This document shows, one piece after another, positions 12,653-23,163 of a stretch of 64,000 nucleotides of DNA. Below the pieces are notes generated by a model that was not told the DNA's origin, did not search any database, and saw only the letters and a program-made list of their open reading frames with translations. Within the stretch, counting starts at the first letter, position 1; each line of letters opens with the position of its first letter. A program made the translations under genes and the position numbers. Origin of the DNA: Nageia nagi. Taxonomy: Eukaryota > Plantae > Pinophyta. Where the stretch lies: NCBI GenBank assembly GCA_050084985.1, contig JBITNC010000002.1, positions 34,286,001 to 34,350,000 of the forward strand. Direction: 5' to 3'.

Positions 12653-12877
12653 ATTTTCTGGGTAAAGGAATGCGGGCGGTCCTTTCTTACAGACTTAGAA
12701 CATTGGTAGCCTTAACCTAAGACTATAGACGGTCCTTTTCTTGAAGATTCATCAAAAACTGTGAAGATCAGGTCCCTGCGAATCACCCCTAGATTCCAAA
12801 TTGATACCTGTTTGCTCGTTCATGTGTACCAAATGCTCAAATCAAAATTTGTCTTGAAATATGTGCCCTAACTTTTC

Positions 12878-12884
12878 TATAAAA
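12878..12884 (+). promoter_or_regulatory. Candidate TATA box of the antisense PMD gene
   Basis: cTATAAAAggggcc followed by a pyrimidine-rich stretch, ~150 nt upstream of ATG 13029. Confidence 0.55.
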
Positions 12885-13028
12885 GGGGCCCCACCCTTCC
12901 TCATTTGATCACCCTATCATTTTCATAGCTGAAAGTATCGTAGAGCTTGAGAGACTGATTCAGAGAGGTTTAGCTAGTGATTTTGTCGCTATCACTAGGT
13001 GATTCTTCCTGTATTGTTGCTGCAAACT

Positions 13029-15311
13029 ATGGCCCTACCGATCACACACCAAGATGGACACAAAGCTACCTTAGTGGATGATTCTCCTGCTGGTCATCAG
13101 GTACATTGCATTTCCTACCTTTTCCTTGTTATGCTTTTGCTTGTTTTCAAATTTTAGCTGCCTATACACTGGTTTTCCAAATTGCCCCTAGGGTTTTCCT
13201 GTTGAATGCCCTAGCCTTTCATTTTTCCCTTTTCACTCTATTTTTTTTTGAATTTTTGGTATCATGGCTGCACTATGCTCATCCGTACGAACCTGCACCC
13301 CAAATTTCATTGACCTTCATGCACAAAAATAGGATCGCTAGCGGTACTTTCTGCCCTAGTTTGGACCGTGGGTGGTCCTTTTCACCTACTCTAGACCGTG
13401 GGTGGTCCTCTTTACCAGTACTATTTTTTACTATCTATGTTTCATATCTTGATATTGACTTTCCTTTTGTCATTCTTTTCTTGCAGAATCATGCATACCT
13501 TATGCGACCATCCGGTAAGAGTGCTGCCTTCACCACTGCCCAACAGTGGCCATAAATTGATGCAACCCAGAGCATTCTAGAGGACATTTCATTCAGCTAC
13601 CTTTCATTTGCTGACTATGTGTTTCATGACTGCAACATGCTGACAGCTTTGATGGAGAGGTGGGATCCAAACTCCAACACCTTTCACCTTCCAACTGGTG
13701 AGATTACAGTGACCCTAGAGGATATCTATAGGATCACTAGACTTCCTATCAGGGGGAGGCTAGTGAACATGATTCCTGTTCCAAGCCTGGAATAGGCAGA
13801 GGTATGGGCTACATGGCTGACAGGGTCAGATGAAGTAAACCACTAGTAAACCACAGGAAGAGGGGTGTGTCCCTAGTGAGACATATGTTAGAGTATCCTC
13901 CAGCACGGGGTGACCTACGGATGAGACTCCTCATTACCTGCCTTTTAGATGCTATTGTCTATCCAGATAAGAGTAGTGAGACCTTTCTTGTGGGCATGGT
14001 TCCTATCATTCAGGACATGGTGACACACAGGAAGCAATATGCATGGTGCCCCGCAATACTAGCGCAACTCTATCATGACCTCCACAGCTTTGCAGAGGTG
14101 GAGAGAGAGGGGGAAGACAGGTGGCTCATTCTATGATTCTACAGGTGTGGGCATATGATCACATCATCATCTCTAGACTGATGACGTTGCCCCTAGATCA
14201 GCCAGATGATGTACCCACTTGGCAATGGTGGGCAACGATAGAGGGACCTACTTTTCCTAGCATGGCCCTAGAGGGATGGTGGGTACGGTTTGACCTACTG
14301 CAGGAGGCACAGATATACTGGCATCCCTATCGGGGAGGTGTGCCGGAGTGGGAGGAGGACATACAGGAGATGGCATGGGTGAGACACCCTACATACCTAC
14401 AAGCGTGTAGGGCACTAGTGGAGCCGTACAGGCTAGAGCGAGTACTCCATCAGTTCAGCCTCCAGCAGGGCATACTAGATGATTACAAGATATTGGTTCA
14501 CTACTACCGTAGCAGGCATCTCCCAGAGGACTATGAGCTAGTACCTAACTGGGACTCAGATTGGGAGTCCCCTAGCGAGGACTCCGACCATGGGATTGAT
14601 GATGACATAGATGGACCTGATCACACAGAGGACTACCTAGATTGGTGGAGGACACGCAATCCTCACCACATAGGCATTCATGATGCTGACATGGGTGATG
14701 ATGCATGGGAGGATGAAGACACAGGAGACATACAGACCATATGGGACACTCCCTTCATGGTGGGAGGGTGGGAAGGAGAGAGTAGCCCGACATATGCTCG
14801 CGACATGTCTCTAGATGCAGGTCATGATGATAATGAGGAGACTGATCCAGACTAGGATGAGTATGAACCTGAGTATGAGACGGATACAGATTGGGAGGAG
14901 GAAGACTACGATGAAGATGATGATGGTAACCTATTTTCTCTTTTTACTTTACTTTGACTTTCTACCTTTCATGATATGCAAGGGACTAACACGATATGTT
15001 TATGCTATGTCACAGATCCTAAAGTTGAGATGGCTAAGCTGCATGGTCAAATCAGTCAGAAGGATGAGGAGATTAGAGAGCTACAAAGTCGTCTACGGTT
15101 TGGAGGAGGGAATTATACCAGTATCTATTAGGACCTACAGGCCTCCAACAAGGAAATCAAGGCCCTCTATGAGCAGCTTCACCAGGCCAAGAGACAAATT
15201 GGTGAGGAGAAGGCACGTGTAGAGAAGTACAAGGCATGATGCAGGGGTGGTACATCTAGTAGGGCTACTAGCTCTAGTGTAGGGGGAGGGGGGTCTAGTA
15301 GGATATTCTAG
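13029..15311 (+). pseudogene. Plant Mobile Domain (aminotransferase-like, MAIN/MAIL-related) gene antisense to the retroelement; exons 13029-13100, 13487-14925, 15016-15311
   Basis: LTALMERWDPNSNTFHLPTGEITVTLEDIYRITRLPIRG, YAWCPAILAQLYHDL, LQVWAYDH, ERVLHQF; then an acidic tract and a coiled-coil-like tail. GT-AG introns 13101-13486 (phase 0) and 14926-15015 (phase 1, CTAAC branch at 14986) both preserve frame; AATAAA at 15346. Several stops and at least two frameshifts (11-nt duplication ~13834-13855; ~14120). Confidence 0.9.
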
Positions 15312-15794
15312 ATCATTCTATGTAATCTCATCCAGTTGTATTGTAAATAAAAACATTTTGATCATGATATATATAAAACACAAATTTTGGTACCTGATTT
15401 GCTCTTGTACATGTATCTGTGATGAATGAATTTGATGTTCTGTGATCCTTGAGAACGAATGCCAATGACACGACCTGAAATTTTAACTTCCCACGCTGCA
15501 AGAGTAATCAGTACCTTTTGCTTTCCTCTATTTTTCCACTAAAAGAGCACCATCAGTGGTCCTATTATCACCAAATACAACATCGGTGCTCCTGTCATGA
15601 CGTCATGAAGCCCCCCAATCTCTTGACACTGACGTCCGTTAGAGACCTGAACCAACTGCTAGCTTTTCTCTTCACTCTTTTTATATACATATATATATAT
15701 ATATTTTGATCTACCAAATAATACTTTCGGAGGGCCTGAAGCTCCCACCGGTGCTAACCTCACAAGCATCTTCAAGAAAGATCATATTGATATG

Positions 15795-16928
15795 CTATTC
15801 TTCTCCTGTATCTTTGACCTTTACTGGACATACATAGAATCCATCTTCTATGTGCTTCTGTATTCTATCCCTAAGGTTTCCACATCCATTAGTAGCATGG
15901 CCTTTAGTCTGATGATATTCACAATACCTATCTTCCTTATACCAATGGGGTTTTTCTGCTGTAGGATCTTCTTCACGCTTAGGTAAAGGTTGTAATAACC
16001 CTTTTTCCACAAGGTCTTTTAGGATATGTCTTGGAGGTATGGGAAATCTCACATATTTCTTTTCCTTTGTCTCACTTGTCTTCTCAGCCACATGGATAGT
16101 TTTCTCTTTCTTTGGCGATTATGGTTTCTTATCCTTTGCTTTTGTCTTATCACTATTACCATACTTTACAAGCCCTAGCTTCACAAGGACTTTTTCTTTC
16201 TCTAACAGTTTATACGTCATATCGGAAAATGTAAGATGTGTATAATCGATAACATATGATTGTAAGGGCAATATATCAGCTTCTTTAAAAATGTTATTTA
16301 CCTCTTTTTCCATTAATTGGGTCTTCACTTGCTGCCATGTCTTCCTAAACCTTACAACAAGTTTGTCTAGTTGCTCATCATTGTCTTGCTTGATAGCACA
16401 TAAATCTGATAGCATAATCTCCTTCTTGATGTTATGCTTATACTGCTCCAAAAAAAATTTATTGAATTCCTCAAATGATGTGATGGACCCTTCAGGTAAG
16501 GCATAAAACCATTCTCGAGCCTCTCCTTCCAAGCTCTGGGGGAAGAACTTAGCTTGCAATCTTTAGTCTGTACCAATTTTGACTTCACACTCATCCTTGA
16601 ATCCTTGTATATGTCTTCTTGGATCTCCTTCACCATTGAACTTACTGAATTTTGGCTCTTTGTAGTCAGATGGTGGCATGTGCCTATGAATTTCATCACA
16701 TAAAGGACTACCGAATTCGAAAGAATCATTAGGCAGAGCTGATCTCCTTGCCAATCTATCTATCTACCTCTGCATACCTTCCATAGTAGCCTAAAAATTA
16801 CTATTATCACCCTCAGTGCTATTTTGCATTCCTTCGGATCCCTTCAGATCATCATGTCTGATTTCTACCAATAATTCATCCAAATCTCTTTTTGAAAGAC
16901 TACACAAGAATAACTTAAGCTGTTCCAT
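15795..16928 (-). pseudogene. gag: Retrotransposon gag (Tat/Ogre-like), one 378-codon frame with four premature stops
   Basis: ATG at 16928; YKEPKFSKFNGEGDPRRHIQGF, FFPQSLEGEAREWFYALPEGSITSF, YCEYHQTKGHATNGC. ORFs 16563-16754, 16119-16559 and 15795-16091 share one frame. Confidence 0.92.
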
Positions 16929-16999
16929 AACTAAAACACTCACAAAATAGATGTTAGTCTTAACTAAAACCTTTAGGGTTTTAGTATAATGATGTGCAC

Positions 17000-17017
17000 T
17001 TCACGTCGGGTTCACCA
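17000..17017 (-). promoter_or_regulatory. Primer binding site complementary to tRNA-Trp
   Basis: Plus strand ttcacgtcgggttcacca matches the 3' end of plant cytosolic tRNA-Trp(CCA) as I recall it; it lies 2 nt from the 5' LTR. Confidence 0.85.
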
Positions 17018-17019
17018 AA

Positions 17020-17893
17020 TGTTTACAAATAAAATTGAGCATGCAAATAAGTAAACAGGCAACTATCTACAAACTCAATATTATCTGTATTTAAGCTACG
17101 GATAGTAATTTATTCTAGATAACAATAAACAACATAACCTATTCAGAAGTGTAATTGTACCAACCAAGACTGTAATTTGTGTACTTACCTCATAGAATGT
17201 ACTTGACAACAAAAGATGCAGATATTGGCGATGTACTGATGATGAGCTGCCTTTCCAACAACATCGTGACCTACAAGGATGCCAAAAGAGGACCGTAATA
17301 GTCCGTTTCAATGATATAAGAGCATCGACAGTATTCTTCCATTCATAAAGGAGTGCCGGTGGCCTTTGTTTGATAGTTTTGACCTCTCGATTAAGTCCAG
17401 AACTTCAATGTAGATGTCTCAGATAGTAGTATGATATCAGAATTGATCGTAGATGTCAGGATAGCTCACGTAAGGAAGCACACAAACCACAGCCTTGTAG
17501 GCGGTACCAAGAGATACCTTAAGGGGTAGCCACTTACAAGACCATACGCGGGATCATGTGTATCCTTGTTATTGTGGACTTACTATTAGATCCCTTATTT
17601 ATATAGATAATAGATAATACCACCCATGGGTCGGTGTGCATCTACATAAATAAGGTTAATTCACAACATTTAAGATAAACACACCAATAAACAAGATAAT
17701 TCATGCAATACTCAAGATAATCCATGCAATATTCAAGATAACCCATGCAATATTCAAGATAATCATTATAAAATTCATATTCAAGACAAACATTGACATT
17801 ATCACTTTAATCCATTCAAGACATATATTTAGGCCAAGCATATTCCATTAATTTATTGATTTAAAAACATAAATTCATTTTTATGTGTTAACA
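17020..17893 (-). repeat. 5' LTR of the gag/PMD element
   Basis: Direct repeat of 10157-11032, adjacent to the PBS. Confidence 0.95.
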
Positions 17894-17898
17894 CAACA

Positions 17899-19960
17899 GA
17901 TTAGTTTTCAATGTTCAACCAATCTTCCACTTGGAATTTAATCCAAACATGAATGTATTCTTATCTTACCTCAATAGCATGAGGATTTCCTTCCACCCAC
18001 TGGTTTGGTGAGTGCATCAACAACATTTATTTATGTTTTTACTTTGAGTAACTCTACCTCACTTTATTTCACCACTTCTCTAATGAAGTGAAATATCACT
18101 CTAATAAGTTTTATCCTAGGGTGAAACCTAGGATTGATTGAAAGGTCAATAACACTTTCATTATCATACCATAGAATTATTAATTCCAAACCCAAAATTA
18201 TTACATAATATGTGTAACCATATAAATTTTTTGGAGGCCTTAGCAAATAACAATATAATTTACTTCTATTGTAGATTGTGCTACCACTTCCTTCTTCATA
18301 CTCCTTCATCTCACTATATTGTAAAATAATATTAAGATATACGAACATGTAGAATTACCATTATCGACATCTCCTCCATAACTAGAATTAATAAAACCTT
18401 ACATTTTATTTTTTGATAAGGGTAAAATATTTTCAATGGATTTTCAAAAAGATAGTACCACAAAACTTGTGTATATAAAATTTTATAGATATTAAATAGT
18501 ATTACATATGTTTTAAAAATTGATTTCTAAGAGTCACCATAGTTTCTACAAAACACACTATGGGAAATGATCCTTACTTTCTACTTGCTGGTTACACCAT
18601 CTTTGCTTGAGTCCAAGTCCTACACTTAACCATTTTAGTTTTAGCCTCTCTAACTTTTGTTTCCTATAAGAATACTAAATCAAGCTTCTACTTCTTGTAG
18701 AAGCCTACTTTCTAAGGGGCCACTTAATCCCTCTCATTCTTAGAGGGAACTACCATTGGGAACCTAGTTTAAAAGGTGCTCTACCCCCAATATATCATGC
18801 TTACCATCCATAATACTCTTATCTCTATTTCCTTCATTCTTACTTCTCATAGAGTTGGTCTCCCCTTTGATGCACTTTTGGTCATTATTTGCCTCTCAAA
18901 TTGAGTCTCTTTCATGATTGTGCCATTCAACTTTGAGAAAATCCTTCATATTTTTCTTCTACCTTCCAAATTATATCAATCTCCTTTTGTATTTTATGAG
19001 GGTTTTCCCTCATCGATTATTATTGGATTATTAATTGGTGTACTATCCACTTCAATTTCATCTTCTTCCTCCTCATTTTTCCCATCTCCTTTATTATCTT
19101 GATTAATCTCTCCTTCATCTTGACCTTCCGCTTCTATCATTTCCTTCAAATGGGTGTCCTCCTAGGGCTAATTTGGATTCCATCCCTTGTTTTCCTAAAA
19201 TACTCTCTTTGAGCATGATTTTAGAATGTGATCAATCTGATTACATATGGAACAAATATAATTATTTGTTTCATACCATAGTTCTTATTTGATATCTCTA
19301 GTTTTTGCCTCTAGAGTAATTGAGCTTGGAAGTTTCACTCCAAATTCTACCATAATGTAAAAATAAGCCACAACCATTTTGGAATGAGCTTTCGTAACAT
19401 CATCCATAATGATTAATATTTCAAAAATGTTTTCAATTCCTTTGAAGACCTTTTCATTTCATAGGTCAAAAGGTAGATTAGGGAGAGACACCCAAATGGG
19501 TGCTCTCATTATCTATTCCCATAGTGGATCAAAGTTGGGCCTCCATCGTTCCAAAAATAATTCATGATTTCCAAAAAACCAAGTTGAGATCAAAGTTTCA
19601 TTTTGATCCTTTTCATTTCTAAAGAAAAATAACATATAATCATTAGGTAATGCAATAATATTCAAAATCCCCCATATCTTCTATTTGATTTTTCTCCATC
19701 TTCTAACATCATTAGTGTTTGGTTTTGGCTCATAGATTTTTCCTTTTAGACTCAATCTTCTTCTTTTAGTAGTTTGGTCTATGATAGTGTGTAGGATCTT
19801 TAACTTCAATTTTTGATCTTATAAAATTGTAGTCCGTAGTGGGGGTATGAGATCTACCTTTGCCTCCTAAGAGAATAATTCTCTCCAAGCTTTCTATTTC
19901 CCTATGTTATCTCCTCATTTGCTTTTCATAGGTAAGGGAGTTATTGATCAAAGGGTAGGT
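17899..19960 (-). mobile_element. Decayed L1-like LINE (ORF1 and start of ORF2 endonuclease)
   Basis: RWRPNFDPLWE*IMRAPIWVSLPNLPFDL near 19450-19550 (DUF4283-type ORF1); N.RGLSGP...LDLVFL*ETK near 18660-18745 (APE N-terminus). Confidence 0.75.
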
Positions 19961-20235
19961 GATTAAACCAAAAAATGTGAAGAAAACCTATTGAATTCTA
20001 TTGTAGCATAACATCAATTTTACATTTTTATCTATTAGAAAAAATAGATTGTGCAATATAAAAATATTTAAAAATTAAATTAAAAAAATTAAATTAAAAC
20101 CTTGTATTTTTTTATTTCTTGTTAAATCATAAAATATTGCATAGTCTTTTATCCCTTGTAGATATCTCAATTATCCTTTTAAATACAACATTTTGATAAA
20201 ATGAGTGTTGAATAAATAATTTTATGAATTTAAAT

Positions 20236-20970
20236 GATTATAAGTTATGTAAAGTATGGTTGTATCAAGGAAGCCATAAAACTATTTAAATAAATGAAAC
20301 ATGTGGATATTAATCTAAATGATGCAATATTTGTTAGTGTATTAATAAAATACCTCAACAATACTTGGATTTATGGAATATATTAATTGTTGGATTTGCA
20401 TAGAACAACCATGGTTTTGAGGCTCTCAATATTTTTTAGAATATGTAATTGACTCATTTATTGCCAAATTTAGTAACATTTATATGTATTATTTCTATAT
20501 ATGAAAATGTTGCATCTTTAGAATGAGGAAGGGAGATTTATGTAAAAATAAGTAGAAGTGGATTTCTTTTCAATATAACTACAGTAAATTTCTTAATAGA
20601 CATAAATGAAAAATATAGGAGTACTATAAAGAAGGTAGACATATTATTTAATAAGATGCATTATAGAGATACAACCTTATGGAATGTAATGCTTGTAGGA
20701 TATTCCATGCATGTCCATGGTAAGAAAGCCATTAAACTATTTGAACAAATGGAACACCTAGGTATGAGTCTAGACCATATCACTTTAACAATGTAGATAT
20801 ACTCGAAGAGGACTAGATCAATACTTTATCTACATGTAATAATATTATCATATTACACTTGCAATGGAACAATATACATGCAAGGTTGACCTTATTTTTC
20901 ATTTTGGATATCTATATGAAGCAAAAGATTTTGTAAATAACATGATCATAAAATCTAAAGCATTAGTACA
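20236..20970 (+). pseudogene. PLS-class PPR gene fragments
   Basis: KYGCIKEAIKLFK*MKHVDINLNDAIFVSVL; LFNKMHYRDTTLWNVMLVGYSMHVHGKKAIKLFEQMEHLGMSLDHITL; YTCKVDL. Confidence 0.8.
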
Positions 20971-21399
20971 TCATATTCTTGCATAAGCAAGTTATTCATC
21001 TAAATAGTTGAAACATCCATAACATACTTTCATAACATGGGTTTTCAATCTAAACACATATACTAACATATAAGCATAGATCATGTATGTTGTTTACATA
21101 ACCTTCATTGTAATACCATTTTAACATACTAATATCATACTTATATAACATATTTTGATGCAATATAATAATAACACTACAATATTCATGTCATTCCTAC
21201 ATAACATATTGTAAGAAGATAATATATTTACAATATGCATGAAAAGTATAACATAATTTTAGTTTATATGATAGTATCACTATAATGTTCATGCTACACT
21301 CACATAGCCTAAATTCAAAGTATCATAGCATGTATGATAGTACCGAATAATACTAATGCATAATTTACGCATGTAAATAATTTCAAGACTATAATAACA

Positions 21400-21930
21400 A
21401 GGGTTTGATAAGATGCATTATGAAACAAATATTTCATGGAATATACTGATTACAGAGTATACAGGGAATGGTTGTATCAAGAAATACTTCAAACTATTTG
21501 AACAACTATAATATATTGGTATTAATAAATATAATCTTATATTTGTTTGTATAGTATGGATATGTAGCAATGAGGGTTATTAATACTTCAAATCCATGAA
21601 TGTTTATCATTGTATTTCACCTACAATAAAATACTATATATGTATGCTTGATCTTGTTGATAATGATGAGCATATAAATGAAGTAAAATAATAAATAGCA
21701 TGTCAATAAAACTTAATGCTATAGTGTGGATTTGTTCTCTTAGTGTTTATAGGATTCATAAACCCTAACTAGAAATACTCTTTACAAAATGCAATGAAGT
21801 GGATATAGTATATAACATAATAAATTCATATTCAATCAATATCCTTCCATCTTATGTTAACTCAATATCCTTCCAACTTATGTCAACTCAATATCCTTCC
21901 AACTTGTCTCAAGTCAATATCTTTGCAAGA
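21400..21930 (+). pseudogene. PLS/E-class PPR fragment with a 26-bp micro-array at its end
   Basis: FDKMHYE..ISWNILITEYTGNGCIKK..KLFEQ; YFKSMNVYHCISPTIKYYICMLDLV; tcaatatccttccaacttatgtcaac about 4 times at 21836-21925. Confidence 0.7.
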
Positions 21931-23163
21931 GGATTTTGATGTTGGTATGTAAAAGTGTATGATATTTTTATTTTTAATTAGATACTGTTATGATAAAATT
22001 ATTTTTGCATGTGTAAAAATGAAGGTTGGTAGAATATTTTGAGGTATCCATACTTTTATAAAGTATTTAGATTCATATTGATAGAATTCAGGCTCCTTAA
22101 TCCTTGTATTCCATTAGCTTACATCAATGAATAAGAAGGTAAAGATAATTCATGATATTTGAAAGGGAATCACTCTTTATTATACCCATTGCACTTATAT
22201 ATCTTGCATTTTCCCTCTCTCCACTAAGCTATCCTTTTATCATGAATAATTTCTCCATATCCAAGATAGTTAGATAGTGCCTCCTCAATACCTACAAAAG
22301 CCTTTAACACATGGTATATAGGTATCCATTGGGCAACTTTGAGTATGATCCCATCAACTATGGGTTAAAAAAGATCCCTATATACTAAGAGAGAAAAATA
22401 TATATATGTTTTATTCCCTAGGGGAAGTAGAAACTTTGGACCAATTTATTTTTTGTTGTTCAATCTACTATGATATTCGAGGAAGATTCCACTACCTCTT
22501 CAAAGGTAACTCAACCTTTATATCTATTTTTTTAGTAATGAGGACCATTGTTGCCTCAAAATTTACATCAAATTAGTAGGTACCCATAGATATTTGGGAC
22601 ACCAAATCAATGATAGACCAAATTATATCATCTAAGTACCTCCCACCCTTCATAATCTTAACTTATTACAACCTACTTCACCAAATTTGATAGATTGAGG
22701 GGTGATACAAATACTAACCAAAAATAATAAGCACTAGATATTCTTTAAATCAGTAGGGCCATTAGGCAATGTACCCATGGATATTTGGGACACCAGATCA
22801 ATGATATACATAGTTAGATCAATGGTTTTTTTAGTAGTGATTCATCAACATCTAATTTTAAGAGAGATTCCCTCCTATGGATGATTCATCATCTTCATAT
22901 AACATGTTTTTGCACTCTTTGTATTTATTTCTATTAGCTCTTTGGTTGGGCACTTTTAGCCTCCCTAATTTTAGTTTTCACTATTATATTTTATCATTCC
23001 CTTGGATCACATTTGAACCACTATGGATATTAATAACATTTTATTTCATATGATTTTGACCCAAAATTTTGATCATCTTAAATCAACCAAAATATCATTT
23101 TAGTATGAACACCTCTCTTACAAGTTCCTGATGGTTTTTATGGCATACAAAGTAGAAATACAT

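Larger units (their letters stand above)
10157..17893 (-). mobile_element. Non-autonomous Ty3/gypsy Tat-type LTR retrotransposon (gag + antisense PMD, no pol)
   Basis: Paired TG...CA LTRs; perfect 5-bp TSD CAACA (10152-10156, 17894-17898); PBS next to the right LTR; PPT-like tract next to the left LTR; Tat/Ogre-like gag; no PR/RT/RH/INT motifs seen. Confidence 0.95.

Noticed and set aside
17000-17017. tRNA-Trp gene
   Set aside because: Only the 3' 18 nt including CCA are present, adjacent to an LTR; this is a PBS.
22000-22990. Possible further LINE remnant on the minus strand (also ~36300-37000)
   Set aside because: Only vague resemblance; no motif I can state with confidence.
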